Positions 28,603 through 41,229 of a stretch of 64,000 nt of DNA are shown one piece after another. The stretch spans positions 2,108,001 to 2,172,000 of the forward strand of contig OZ024766.1 in the NCBI GenBank assembly GCA_964016885.1, in the 5' to 3' direction. The position numbers were made by a program, and so were the translations under genes. A model generated the notes under the pieces. It did not search any database, had not been told where the DNA came from, and worked only from the letters and a program-made list of their open reading frames with translations. Positions within the stretch are counted from its first letter, which is position 1. Each line of letters begins with the position of its first letter. The stretch comes from Eledone cirrhosa. Its lineage: Eukaryota.

Positions 28603-28792
28603 AGGTGTTGTGGTAAGGAACCAGATGGACCATAACGCACCAGAGTACTCAATACTTAGGGTAGTAGTGTGGGTAATAGGAGAATGTATGACCCCGACGG
28701 CAGAGCTCAAGCCGTTTCGACGGCTATTTCTGAGACCAGAAATAGCCGTCGAAACGGTTTGAGCTCTGCCGTCGGGGTCATACACTTTCCTA
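28603..28792. mobile_element. Short fold-back element in (TA)n (family B); other copies at 739-900, 4978-5038, 19072-19292, 25890-26098, 40918-41040 and 54898-55106
   Basis: Hairpin GACCCCGACGGCAGAGCTCAAGCCGTTTCGACGGCTATTTCTG / CAGAAATAGCCGTCGAAACGGTTTGAGCTCTGCCGTCGGGGTC, with one arm extended to a common end (CCTTACCAC...TTATATA). Confidence 0.75.
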
Positions 28793-28879
28793 TATATATA
28801 TATATATATATATACACACGATAGTGTAGTTCTGCTGGTAAAAAAGCCGGTATTTATTAAGGCTTTTCGCCTTGGGTCA

Positions 28880-29400
28880 TACATACACACACATATTAAC
28901 ACATACACACACATGTATATATACATTAACACATACACACACATGTATATATACATTAACACATACACACACATGTATATATACATTAACACATATACAT
29001 TAACACATATACATTAACACACACACACATGTATATATACATTAACACATACATACATGGATATATACATTAACACATACACACATGTATATATACATTA
29101 ACACATACACACATGTATATATACATTAACACATACACACATGTATATATACATTAACACATACACACATGTATATATACATTAACACATACACACATGT
29201 ATATATACATTAACACATACACACATGTATATATACATTAACACACACACACATGTATATATACATTAACACACACACACATGTATATATACATTAACAC
29301 ATACACATATATATATATATTAACACACATGTCTATATACATTAACACATACACATATATATATATATTAACACACATGTCTATATACATTAACACATAC
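28880..29400. repeat. ~28-bp minisatellite (ATACATTAACACATACACACATGTAT)
   Basis: Direct reading; abuts the myc splice donor. Confidence 0.9.
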
Positions 29401-29433
29401 ATACACGCACTCATATATATTTATTAGGCCTAC

Positions 29434-30283
29434 CTTTTCTCTTCGTTGTCTTGGGTGATTTTAATTTCTCCATTTCGTTAAGTTTTTTGCCCTTCATGAG
29501 GGGATTCTTTCGCGGGCGACCCGGCTTGCCCTTGCGTTTTTTATTGCGGGTAGCAGTCTTTTTAGAGCCGCCGGCGGCCACGGCTGGGCTGTATTGCGGG
29601 CCATTACGACGCCTGCCCCTGCCTCCTTTCTTATGGAGGTGCTTATAGTTGTTATCGTGGGGGGGTTGTTGAAAATAGTGATGATCAGGGCCGAAATCCT
29701 GTGAAACGGGGGCGGCCACAATTTTAAACACTCCGTCATTTACATCAGGTGTCACCACATCGCATTCCACGTCCTCCTCATCTTCTTCGGCCGCTAGATC
29801 CACAACTTCGGGGTAGTGATGGGTTTCCACAAGTACCCTGTGTTGGCCACCAGTGCTGTGGATATTGGAGACGACCAGCGAGGTAAGATCCATGGACTCT
29901 TCGTCGTGGCTAAACCGAGAAGGGGAGAGGGCCGGCGAGCAGGACGAGGACATCGGCGGCGAAGAAAACGGCGACCCACGGGGTGACCACAGTTCGTCCT
30001 GGCTCAAAAGTTCCGGATATTTCGAGGGGAAATCGTAATCCGGCACCTCAGTGTCTTCACAAATGACGCCCCGTTCAAACAGATCACTCGTGTTGGGCCA
30101 TTCGGCGGGTTTGCGCATAAATTTCGGCAGGCTCTCCTCGCATAGAATCATCGGATCCTGCGACAAAATACTTATGGGGTCAAAGGAAAAAGCAGCAAAA
30201 TCTTCGGGGTTGGCGGCAGTAATAACGCAGGGAGAAAGTTTAGAGTCAAATATATCCTTTACGTTAAGAGATTCCAAATCCAT
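29434..30283 (-). CDS. myc: Myc-like transcription factor, first coding exon (N-terminal/transactivation region)
   Basis: Non-repetitive ORF starting at ATG 30283. Contains Myc box IIIb-like EEDEEDVECDVVT, DHHY (HCF-1-binding [DE]HxY, box IV-like), SQDELWS and SPALSPSR (box I/II-like) and a basic cluster. Donor AAAG|GTAGGC at 29434/29433 gives an 850-nt exon ending in phase 1. Confidence 0.85.
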
Positions 30284-30917
30284 CTTGAAAATTTTTAAGG
30301 GTTTACGTCCAAGTTCAGGGGCTTTTTTTTTTCCAAAGGACAGTATATATATATATATAATTATAAATACGTGTGTATGAATATAATTGTATGTGTGTGT
30401 ACGTATATATGAATACAGGAGAGCGTGTGTATGAATATACTTTTATGTATGTATGTATGTATGATTTTTCTGGGGCTTTTGTTAAGGTGTCAGTACATAT
30501 AATTATATACACGCGCGCATATATGTTTTATATATATCTAAGGGTCCTCAGAATTAAAAATCCGTATGTCTATATATATGAACTTAAGTATATATATATG
30601 TATGTGTATATATGTGTGTGAGAGTGAGTGTCCAGTGATGGTATTTAAGGGTCAGTGTATGTATGTATATGTGTGTATATATGTAAACCGTATACGTGTT
30701 TAAGAGAAGCCGGTTTAGTTGTGTTGGAGCGGCGATAGTTCAAACAAGACAGGGTATTGTTTTAAATGTCATTTCTTTGTAATAAATTACAATAAATTAA
30801 AATGAAATGCAATTATAATTTGTCTTCAATTAAGCAAATAATTAATTAACTCTGACTAAACCAGCCAAGAAATTATTAATTAATTTAGACTGGTTATGCA
30901 GTGATGTGAGGGGAAAA

Positions 30918-30952
<35 letters not shown>

Positions 30953-31269
30953 GTTCTAATATCTCTCTCTTTCTATATATATATGTGTGTATATGTATAT
31001 GCGAGCCAAATTTTCAGTTTAAAATCAATTAGTTGACTTTGTTAATTAAGAAACGTGTGTAAATGTAGTACATGTGTGTGGAAATTCTTCAGTTTAAAAT
31101 TTAAAATTAAAGGCACAGAAAACCAAATTGGTTTGGTACGGTATGGTGGGTGGGTGTGTGTGTGTGTATCCGCTTTAAATAATGTATACAGCCTTGTAGT
31201 ATACCTAAGACACCGTACACGGCAGACAACAAACCAACTGGTCTTAACTAGACACCTGTAAAACAGCCA

Positions 31270-31330
31270 AGTCCGGGAAATGTTGGATGACGTCACTTAT
31301 ATATAAAACTGGAAGCCGGTAGGCGGAACT
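31270..31330. promoter_or_regulatory. Candidate proximal promoter about 1 kb upstream of the myc-like ATG
   Basis: Perfect CRE TGACGTCA at 31288-31295 next to TATATATAAA at 31298-31307, plus CCGGGAAA (E2F-like) and GGAA motifs, in unique CpG-containing sequence. Confidence 0.45.
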
Positions 31331-31944
31331 TAGCTGCCTGTCAATCATCCCGTGTCTAGCTCGCTTGCTACTCCTCCTCCTCCTTCTCTTATTACTACTT
31401 CTACTACTACCACGTCACGCAGAAACATTTACTGGAGTAACAACGGTGGTGGGAGGTTAGTTAGTGGCGCCAAACAGTGGTAGTAAGAGATGGCTTTTGA
31501 TTGTCTCTCTCTCTCTTTACCTCTCTTCTTTTCCCTCTCTGTCTATCTCTCTCTCTCTCTTTACCTCTCTTCTTTTCTATCTGCATCTCTCTCTTTACCT
31601 CTCTTCTCTGTCTATCTATCTCTCTCTCCCTTTACATCTCTGTCTATCTATCTCTCTCTTCTTTTCTATCTGCATCTCTCTCTTTACCTCTCTTCTCTGT
31701 CTATCTATCTCTCTCTCTCTTCTTTTCTATCTGCTTCCCTCTCTCTCTCTCCCTTTACATCTCTGTCTATCTATCTCTCTCTTTACCTCTCTTCTCTGTC
31801 TATCTACCTCTCACATAGTTTTATTAGTCTGTCTCTCTCGCTCGTTTTTCTTTTCATTCACCCATTAATCTATATATGTATGTGTGCGTGTGTGTGTGGA
31901 GCCGAATGTGAGAGTACACACACAGACAGACAAACACTGTGTAC

Positions 31945-32478
31945 CTAGGACTACATTAACCAATGTACCCTTCCTTGTTTTTAACCCTAGGGCAGTCCTG
32001 ATCCACTAGACCTACGATATGATCAAATATATCCCAGCTGTGACCATCCTGCCTCTTATTCAGACAGTGTATCTAGGACTACATCATCTAATGTACCCTT
32101 CCTTGTTTTTAACCCTAGGGCAGTCCTGATCCACTAGACCTACGATATGATCAAATGTGCCCCAGCTGTGACCATCCTGCCTCTTATTCAGACAGTGTAT
32201 CTAGGACTACATCATCTAATGTACCCTTCCTTGTTTTTAACCCTAGGCCAGTCCTGATCCACTAGACCTACGATATGATCAAATATATCCCAGCTGTGAC
32301 CATCCTGCCTCTTACTCAGACAGTGTATCTAGGACTACATCATCTAATGTACCCTTCCTTGTTTTTAACCCTAGGGCAGTCCTGATCCACTAGACCTACG
32401 ATATGATCAAATATATCCCAGCTGTGACCATCCTGCCTCTTATTCAGACAGTGTATCTAGGACTACATCATCTAATGT
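31945..32478. repeat. 128-bp tandem repeat (x4)
   Basis: CTAGGACTACAT at 31945, 32073, 32201, 32329 and 32457; a related single copy near 50910-50970. Confidence 0.92.
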
Positions 32479-32984
32479 GACTTCCGGGTACAGCCGTGGT
32501 TAACCGCAGTACATAAAGTACTCAATACATTAGTACAGTGTATATAAGTGAACGAAACAGATCTAGTCCTGTATTTCTATATCATATTTGTTATATATGG
32601 ATATCTGATATGTATTTTCCTTATCGAGCCCTCTTTGGATTTTAGTCTTCAATTTCATTAACTTTGCCTTTCATCCTTATGGGGTCGATAAAATAAAGTA
32701 CCAGTAATACCCTGGGATAATTGCTGGCCTTGTGCCAAAAGTAGAAACAATTATTATTACTATATATATATAGTATAAATATATTATATATTATTATTAC
32801 TATATATATTACTATATATTATTATTACTATATATATATATATATATATATACAGTTATAAATATTTACTCGTTGTAACCCAACAATTTAAATAAAACTT
32901 TGCATATATATATATATATATATATGTGTGTATATATATATGAATTTATGCGTGTGTGTATATATATATATATATATACTTATG

Positions 32985-33593
32985 TCAGGTCACCAGTTGG
33001 TGCTACTGGTAACATGTATCCCAGTACAACCTGTCTCATGGTCGGGTCGTTGGCGACTAAACTGGCAACCCCACCAAGGTTTCTTGGTGAGGAGGGTGAC
33101 TTTGGACATCCTGCAGGACTAAAAACAAAACCTGTCAAAGGGCAAGGGAGCTCTTAAGAGTCAATAGCCATCCAAAATCACTGGGAGAGATGACCCCTTA
33201 GCCTTTGTCAAGGCAGAATTCTAGGAGAAGGAAAACTCTGATATAACACCTGCAACCCTGATGGTATCCAATGATGTTGACTTGTTCTTCTTTTTGGTAA
33301 ATATCATCTTGGTTAAGAGAGTGGGACTGGCTTTGTGCAGTGCCTTTGCTCACTATAAAAGCTTCACAGCACAGGCATTGCTTTATATCTGGAGATCTCT
33401 CTGCACTTGTCATCACATGGTACCATGGGCCCTGCACTATGTGTCAATAATGGTCACAAGTGTAGTCTTTGTACCAGAGTTTTCAAGTCGCTGGCTGGAC
33501 TAAAAAGTCACATTCGTTCAGCGCATCGGTAGGGGTTCTCCTACATGGATATAAAGTAGTGGCCGTACTCGAAAACGAGTTGGCAGCCACCAT
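32985..33593 (+). mobile_element. Young non-autonomous ~600-bp element with an RTE-5'UTR-like portion; copies at 10297-10695 (-), 61516-62043 (+) and 63857-64000 (+)
   Basis: Four highly similar copies. The three with a visible end share GAGTTGGCAGCCACCAT followed by TA-rich sequence and are truncated variably at the other end. Contains CTAGGAGAAGGAAAACTCTGA, a motif recalled from RTE 5' UTRs. Confidence 0.75.
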
Positions 33594-33726
33594 ATACTTA
33601 TCTATTTATTTATATATATATAGGCATGTATGTATATATATTTATGTGTGTGTATATATATATATATACATTTATGTGTGTGTGTATATATATATGTATT
33701 TATGTGTGTGTATATATATATATTTA

Positions 33727-33757
<31 letters not shown>

Positions 33758-33790
33758 GTATTTATGTGTGTGTATATATATACATTTATA

Positions 33791-33821
<31 letters not shown>

Positions 33822-33885
33822 TTATGTGGTGTATATATATATATATACATTTATGCGTGTGTATATATATATATATATATACATT

Positions 33886-33917
<32 letters not shown>

Positions 33918-35834
33918 CACATTTATGTGTGTATATATATATATATATACATTTATGTGTGTATATATATATATATACACATTTATGTATGTGTATATAT
34001 ATATATGTATTTATGTGTGTGTATATATATATATATTTATGTGTATATATATACACACACACATACATACATACACACATAAGACAATAGAGTGTGATCT
34101 GGAGTAAAAACATCTGGCTGGCTGGGGTTTCTAGCAAATGTAGCGACCATGTAGAGGTCACCCTCGTTCACAATAGAGATTTGGCTGCAATTTTTGGCAA
34201 ACGTATTTACCACTTAGAACACATTGAAGCCCCCACCCCACCCCGACCCCCCGACACTCCTTGATTTATAAATGGGAAAGGATTAAAGTGGGAAAGTGGG
34301 GGTGGCGTAGCGGGGGAGGTGGTGATATTTCAGGGTCGCGGTGGTGGTGATGTTGTTGGGACAGGGTGGCGGCGGTGGTGATGGTGATGTTTGAAGGTGG
34401 CGATGGTGGTGGTGGTGTTGTTTGAAGGTTGGGGGGTGATGTTTCAAGGCGGCGGTGGTGGTGGTGATGTTGTTGGGACAGGGTGGCGGTGGTGGTGGTG
34501 GTGATGTTGTTGGGACAGGGTGGCGGTGGTGGTGGTGGTGATGGTGATATTTGAAGGCGGCGATGGTGGTGGTGGTGGTGGTGTTGTTACAGGGTGGCGG
34601 TGGTGGTGGTGATGGTGGTGATGTTTGAAGGCGGCGGTGGTGGTGGTGGTGTTGTTACAGGGTGGCGGTGGTGGTGGTGATGTTTGAAGGCGGTGGTGGT
34701 GGTGATGGTGATATTTGAAGGTGGCGATGGTGGTGGTGTTGTTGTGACAGGGTGGGGGAGATGGTGGTGGTGATGTTGTTTGAAGGCGGCGGCGGTGGTG
34801 GTGATGTTTGAAGGTGGCGGTGGTGGTGGTGTTGTTGTGACAGGGTGGGGGAGATGGTGGTGGTGATGTTTCAAGGTGGCGGCGGTGGCGGTGATGATGG
34901 TGATGTTTCAAGGTGGTGGAGGTGTTGATATTTCAGGGCGGTGGTGGTGATGTTGGTGTGTCGGTGTGTGTGTGAGAAGGGTGGTGAAGGTGGTGCGAAG
35001 GAGCGCCTTCAATAACAACACTGACCCCCAGCTGTATATAGGGGGAGCCGGGTGGCTGTTTCCGGGCATCTAATTTATTAATGTCCCTTGTTTGTAAAGA
35101 AACAAAACAGCTATGTATGTATGTGTGTATATATCTAAGTATGTATGTATGTAAGTATGTATGTGTGTATATATGTATGTATGTATGTGTGTGTATGTTA
35201 TTGTGTATATATGTATGTATGTATGTGCGTATGTTATTGTGTATATATGTATGTATGTGTGTATGTTATTCTGTATATATGTATGTATCTATGTATGTAT
35301 GTGCGTATGTTATTGTGTATATATGTATGTATGTGTGTATGTTATTGTGTATATATGTATGTATGTGCGTATGTTATTGTGTATATATGTATGTATGTGT
35401 GTATGTTATTGTGTATATATGTATGTATCTATGTATGTATGTGCGTATGTATGTATGTGTGCGTATGTTATTGTGTATATATGTATGTATGTATGTATGT
35501 GTGTGTATGTTATTGTGTATATATGTATGTATGTATGTATGTATGTGTGCGTATGTTATTGTGTATGTATGTATGTATGTATGTATGTATGTATATCTGT
35601 GTGTGTATGTTATTGTGTATATATGTATGTATGTATGTATATATATATATTTATGTATGTATGTATATATGTATATATATCTATGTGTGCGTATGTTATT
35701 GTGTATCTATGTATGTATGTATCTATGATGTATGTATGTATGTATGTATGTATGTATATATATATATATATATGTGTGCGTATGTTATTGTGTATATATG
35801 TATCTATGTGTGCGTATGTTATTGTGTATATATG

Positions 35835-35868
<34 letters not shown>

Positions 35869-36344
35869 TGTATATGTATGTATGTATGTATGTATATCTA
35901 TGTGTGTGTATGTTATTGTGTATATATGTATCTATGTATGTATGTATGTATGTATGTATGTATGTATGTATATATATATGTATGTATATATGTATATATC
36001 TGTGTGCGTATGTTTGTATGTGTATATAAATATGTGTATATATGTTTGTATGTGTATATATGCATATATATATATATGTGTGCGTATGTTTGTATGTGTA
36101 TATATATATGTGTGTGTGTATGTATGTATGCTATTGACCTTGTCGTGGTTGACACTTCAAACAGCGTATTGAGTCCTTCAGAAAACACTTTAATGTGGGG
36201 AGGGCAGGTGGGTGGGTGGGTGGGTGGGGGGGGGGGGGGGGGGCAGGGGTCAATGAAACAATTACTGGGTCATCAAGTATGAAATTTGTAGAAATTTATA
36301 GAAAAAACCCACAAATTTCTACACGTGTTTGTGGAATGCTCAGG

Positions 36345-36790
36345 CACCTACACTATATATACTATAGAATCTCTCTGAGAACTCTGGTATATATCCATCT
36401 ACACTAAAATAGAGTTTTGTTTCACAGAATTTCCCTGAGAATTGTGGTATATAGCCATCTACACTATAGTATAGCTTTGTCTCACTGAATCTCCCTGAGA
36501 ACTGTGGTATGGTATATAGGCAGCTACACTATATATAATATAGCTTTGTTTCACTGAATCTCCCTGAGAACTGTGGTATATAGCCATCTACACTATAGTA
36601 TAGCTTTGTCTCACTGAATCTCCCTGAGAACTGTGGTATGGTATATAGCCAGCTACACTATATATAATATAGCTTTGTTTCACTGAATCTCCCTGAGAAC
36701 TGTGGTATATATCCATCTACACTATAGTAGAGCTTTGTCTCACTGAATCTCCCTGAGAACTATGGTATATAGCCATCTACACTATATAAT
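36345..36790. repeat. ~58-65 bp tandem repeat (x7)
   Basis: CACTGAATCTCCCTGAGAACTGTGGTATATAGCCATCTACACTAT with alternating long and short units. Confidence 0.88.
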
Positions 36791-36846
36791 AAATAACAAT
36801 ATATACTATGTATAGATAAATATATATTTTATTTTACTATATATAA

Positions 36847-37778
36847 ACTAGCTGAATTACCCGGCGTTGCCCGGGTTACTGCTGTTCTTATTCAGATTAG
36901 TAAACAATAAGTATGAAGATGTGTTTTTTTTTCTCATAATTATTTCAAAATATCTATATTTTATTTCTAAAATATCAAAATCAAAATTATAATAGAATTT
37001 AGAAATGAAAATCTGTCCATCTTGAAGCACCCCAGGGGTAAACAATATTCATTGTGAAATTTTTTGTTGGTGTCAAAATGAATAAATTGTTGCCACACAC
37101 TCACACACATACACTCTCACATACGTATACTAAGACAGACATCGGTCTGTGTGCCTGTGTGCCTGTCACACAGACATACATTCACGCAGTCACACGCATA
37201 GCTTTTCACCTCATTTTTGGTCAGTTGCTACATATGTGTATGTAAGTGTAGATGTGTGTATGTGTATTTAATAACGTACCTAATAAACGTGCACACACAC
37301 GCAGTCACAGACACATACACACACCCACAGACACAAACATATACAAAATGTGACGTCGTGTTGTTTTCTATTGTTTTAATCCAAATGAAAATAAAAACAT
37401 ACTCACACACTCACACATTCACGCACACCGATTACTTGTCTGTATATATATATACACACACTATATATACATATATACATACACACACACACACAGTTTC
37501 ATAATGTCGTAATGCAGACAGCCAGACATACAGACAGATATTATAAGGGCGCAACGTTATAGCTATGTATCTATCTAAAAAGAAAGACTAAGAATTATAG
37601 AGAGATCGCTAAATCGCCTAAATCGCCTAATGCGGTCCCCAGGGCATTGAAAATTTTTTTCCCTCAAAAGAATCACAGGACCAAAAGTATTACATGTGTA
37701 AAGTTTGAAAACAATCGGTTGGGTGGTTGTCGACGTTTAGGGAGTCAGACAGACATTCTCTGTTTTAGATATATAGAT
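36847..37778 (+). mobile_element. Non-autonomous Helitron/Helentron-like (DINE-1/Lep1-type) element
   Basis: Starts ACTAGC..ACCCGGCGTTGCCCGGG (subterminal hairpin) and ends AATCGGTT..GACAGACA..TATATAGAT. Confidence 0.6.
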
Positions 37779-37827
37779 ATTGTTTTAATCCAAATGAAAA
37801 TACAAATTACATGTTGACACTCCAGGG

Positions 37828-38822
37828 GAAGAATCTCTGGATTGAGAGATCACAGCTCTGATACTACAGACATGTGGTTAGAATGTCTCAGGAAAGAATC
37901 TCTGGATTGAGAGATCACAGCTCTGATACTACAGACATGTGGTTAGAATGTCTCAGGAAAGAATCTCTGAATTGAGAGATCACAGCTCTGATACTATAGA
38001 CATGTGGTTAGAATGTCTCAGGAAAGAATCTCTGGATTGAGAGATCACAGCTCTGATACTACAGATATGTGGTTAGAATGTCTGAGGAAAGAATCTCTGG
38101 ATTGAGAGATCACAGCTCTGATACTACAGATATGTGGTTAGAATGTCTCAGGAAAGAATCTCTGCATTGAGAGATCACAGCTCTGATACTACAGACATGT
38201 GGTTAGAATGTCTCAGGAAAGAATCTCTGAATTGAGAGATCACAGCTCTGATACTACAGACATGTGGTTAGAATGTCTGAGGAAAGAATCTCTGAATTGA
38301 GAGATCACAGCTCTGATACTACAGACATGTGGTTAGAATGTCTGAGGAAAGAATCTCTGAATTGAGAGATCACAGCTCTGATACTACAGACATGTGGTTA
38401 GAATGTCTCAGGAAAGAATCTCTGGATTGAGAGATCACAGCTCTGATACTACAGACATGTGGTTAGAATGTCTGAGGAAAGAATCTCTGAATTGAGAGAT
38501 GACAGCTCTGATACTACAGACATGTGGTTAGAATGTCTCAGGAAAGAATCTCTGAATTGAGAGATCACAGCTCTGATACTACAGACATGTGGTTAGAATG
38601 TCTGAGGAAAGAATCTCTGAATTGAGAGATCACAGCTCTGATACTACAGATATGTGGTTAGAATGTCTGAGGAAAGAATCTCTGGATTGAGAGATCACAG
38701 CTCTGATACTACAGACATGTGGTTAGAATGTTTGAGGAAAGAATCTCTGGATTGAGAGATCACAGCTCTGATACTACAGACATGTGGTTAGAATGTCTCA
38801 GGAAAGAATCTCTGGGTTGAGA
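37828..38822 (+). repeat. 59-bp RTE-derived minisatellite (~17 copies); inverted ~98-bp variants at 38960-39285
   Basis: Same unit as 48755-50250. Confidence 0.92.
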
Positions 38823-39782
38823 TCAACACAGAAAGTTTCAAGGAAAGCTATAATACGAGACAGGGGAAATAACTCAATGAATTATTAATAATTAGTATTA
38901 CAGTATTTATCTCCCTTATTAGGCTCAGCTGATGGATTTTTCTTGTTTGTAAAATCTGTCCAGTGATTCTTTCCTGAGACATTCTAACCTCATGTCTGTA
39001 GTATCAGAGCTGTGATCTCTCAATTCGGGGAAGTAGCAGCTCTACCTGGAGTGACTCCCCAGTGATTCTTTCCTGAGACATTCTAACCACATGTTCATTG
39101 TATCAGAGCTGTGATCTCTCAATTTGGAGAAGTAGCAGCTCTACCTGGAGAGACTCTCCAGTGATTCTTTCCTGAGGCATTCTAACCACATGTCCATTGT
39201 ATCAGAGCTGTGATCTCTCAATTTGGAGAAGTAGCAGCTCTACCTGGAGAGACTCTCCAGTGATTCTTTCCTGAGACATTCTACAAAGCATTGCGTCCGA
39301 CACTCCACCGACTTTATATATATATTAATAATTGTTTCTATTTTTGGCATAAGGTCAGCAATTATTCCAGTGTATTACTGGTACTTTATTTTATCGACCC
39401 CGTAAGGATGAAAAACAAAGAAACTGAGTTTCAGAAGATCCCGTTAAGGGTGAAAGCAGCGATTCTTTGCTTAAACTTTAATCTGTTATTTTAATAAATA
39501 TTTGCTCTACGGTTCTTATATATTCGATATATATTTACCCTTATCGAGCCCTCTTTGGATTTTAGTCTTCATTTTTATTATTATTACTATATATATAGGG
39601 CGGTGGATCGGCAGAGTGTCAGACACCATGCTTTGACGCATAGAGTTACGGCCCTTTCCATTCTGAGTTCAAATCCCGCCGAGGTCAAGTTTGCCTTTCA
39701 TCCTTACGGGGTCGATAAAATAAAGTACCAGTAATGTACTGGGTATTTGCTGGCCTTGTGCCAAAAGTAGAAACAATTATTA

Positions 39783-39827
<45 letters not shown>

Positions 39828-39916
39828 TAACTAAATATATATATAGTTATAACTAAAAAGCTCTGTAGCCTACATAGAGCACTCTCTTTTCCCTTGCCTT
39901 TCCTACGGAAATACTT

Positions 39917-40017
<101 letters not shown>

Positions 40018-40436
40018 GTATATACATGTATATTACATTAGCTAAACAGGAATAACAACACAATGAGTACGTTATATGTACACATATGTATATATGTATA
40101 TATACATATATACATATATGTATATATACATATATGTATATATGTATATATGTATATATACATATATGTATATATGTATATATACATATATGTATATATG
40201 TATATATACATATATACATATATGTATATATGTATATATACATATATACTTATATGTATATATGAACTCAGTTCCAAACTGGAACTAGCTGTTGAAACGG
40301 CAAGAGCTCAGCCGTCTGGTCCCGATGTGTGTGTGTGTGTACGTGTGTATGTGTCTGTGTTTATGTGCCGCAATTTAGTAGTTCGATAAAAAGGAAAACG
40401 GAGGAAAATATCGATAAAATAATTTTGCTGACTTAC

Positions 40437-40683
40437 TTGAGATTTGTAGGGTTCCCCGAACCGACTCCCTACCGTCGGGGGCTGGTTAAAGAAATCAACG
40501 TTAACAGTGTATATAGCCTCTGTGCTATCCACACGGTACCCCGAACACGTTCACCAGTGTCGGCGCGGGGTTGGTCAGCAGAGAGTCTCTTAACAGTGTA
40601 CATATCATGGCGGCTATAGACCCGGTCCCTCGAACCAGCTAGCTGCTATCGGGACGGTGTTGGTGACGAGAAGGAAAGATAGC

Positions 40684-40690
<7 letters not shown>
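40437..40690 (-). other. Candidate non-coding 5' exon containing a 27-aa uORF (40608-40525)
   Basis: Unique CpG-rich block ending in a consensus donor CAA|GTAAGT (40436-40431). Contains GCCGCCATG followed by MICTLLRDSLLTNPAPTLVNVFGVPCG-stop. Confidence 0.4.
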
Positions 40691-40721
<31 letters not shown>

Positions 40722-40860
40722 ATATATGAGAGGGGTGAACATATATCTCTGTCCACCCCTCTTCTCATAAATCCAGTTATATTACACGGGGCTCGGAAAG
40801 TTTCCCTTCTTTCAGCTATTTAATTGTAAAAGACTATTTTGAGTTTATAACTCAATCTAT

Positions 40861-40917
<57 letters not shown>

Positions 40918-41040
40918 AACGAAGGAAGTGTGGTAAGGAACCAGGCGATCTTGAACAACCTCATATATATATATATATAGGAAAAAGTATGACCCCGACG
41001 GAAGAGCTCAAGCCGTTTCGACAGCTATTTCTGGACTAAA

Positions 41041-41085
<45 letters not shown>

Positions 41086-41229
41086 CTGCTTTACAATCCA
41101 CCTGGTACGCACCGAACCAACTCGCTGCTATCGGAACGGCGATGATCTGCTACAGTGTTATATATCTTCTTTGCTATTCACCCCGAGGGGTAACACCTTC
41201 TTTTCAACTCTGTGGGCGACTGAGACCAT

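Larger units (their letters stand above)
15415..29433 (-). other. 14-kb GT-AG intron of the myc-like gene (extra small exons not excluded)
   Basis: Canonical donor and acceptor with matching phase; filled with microsatellites, SINEs and minisatellites. Confidence 0.75.

Noticed and set aside
37828-38822. CRISPR-like appearance of regular arrays
   Set aside because: Units are head-to-tail with no unique spacers and no cas genes; the unit derives from a LINE ORF.
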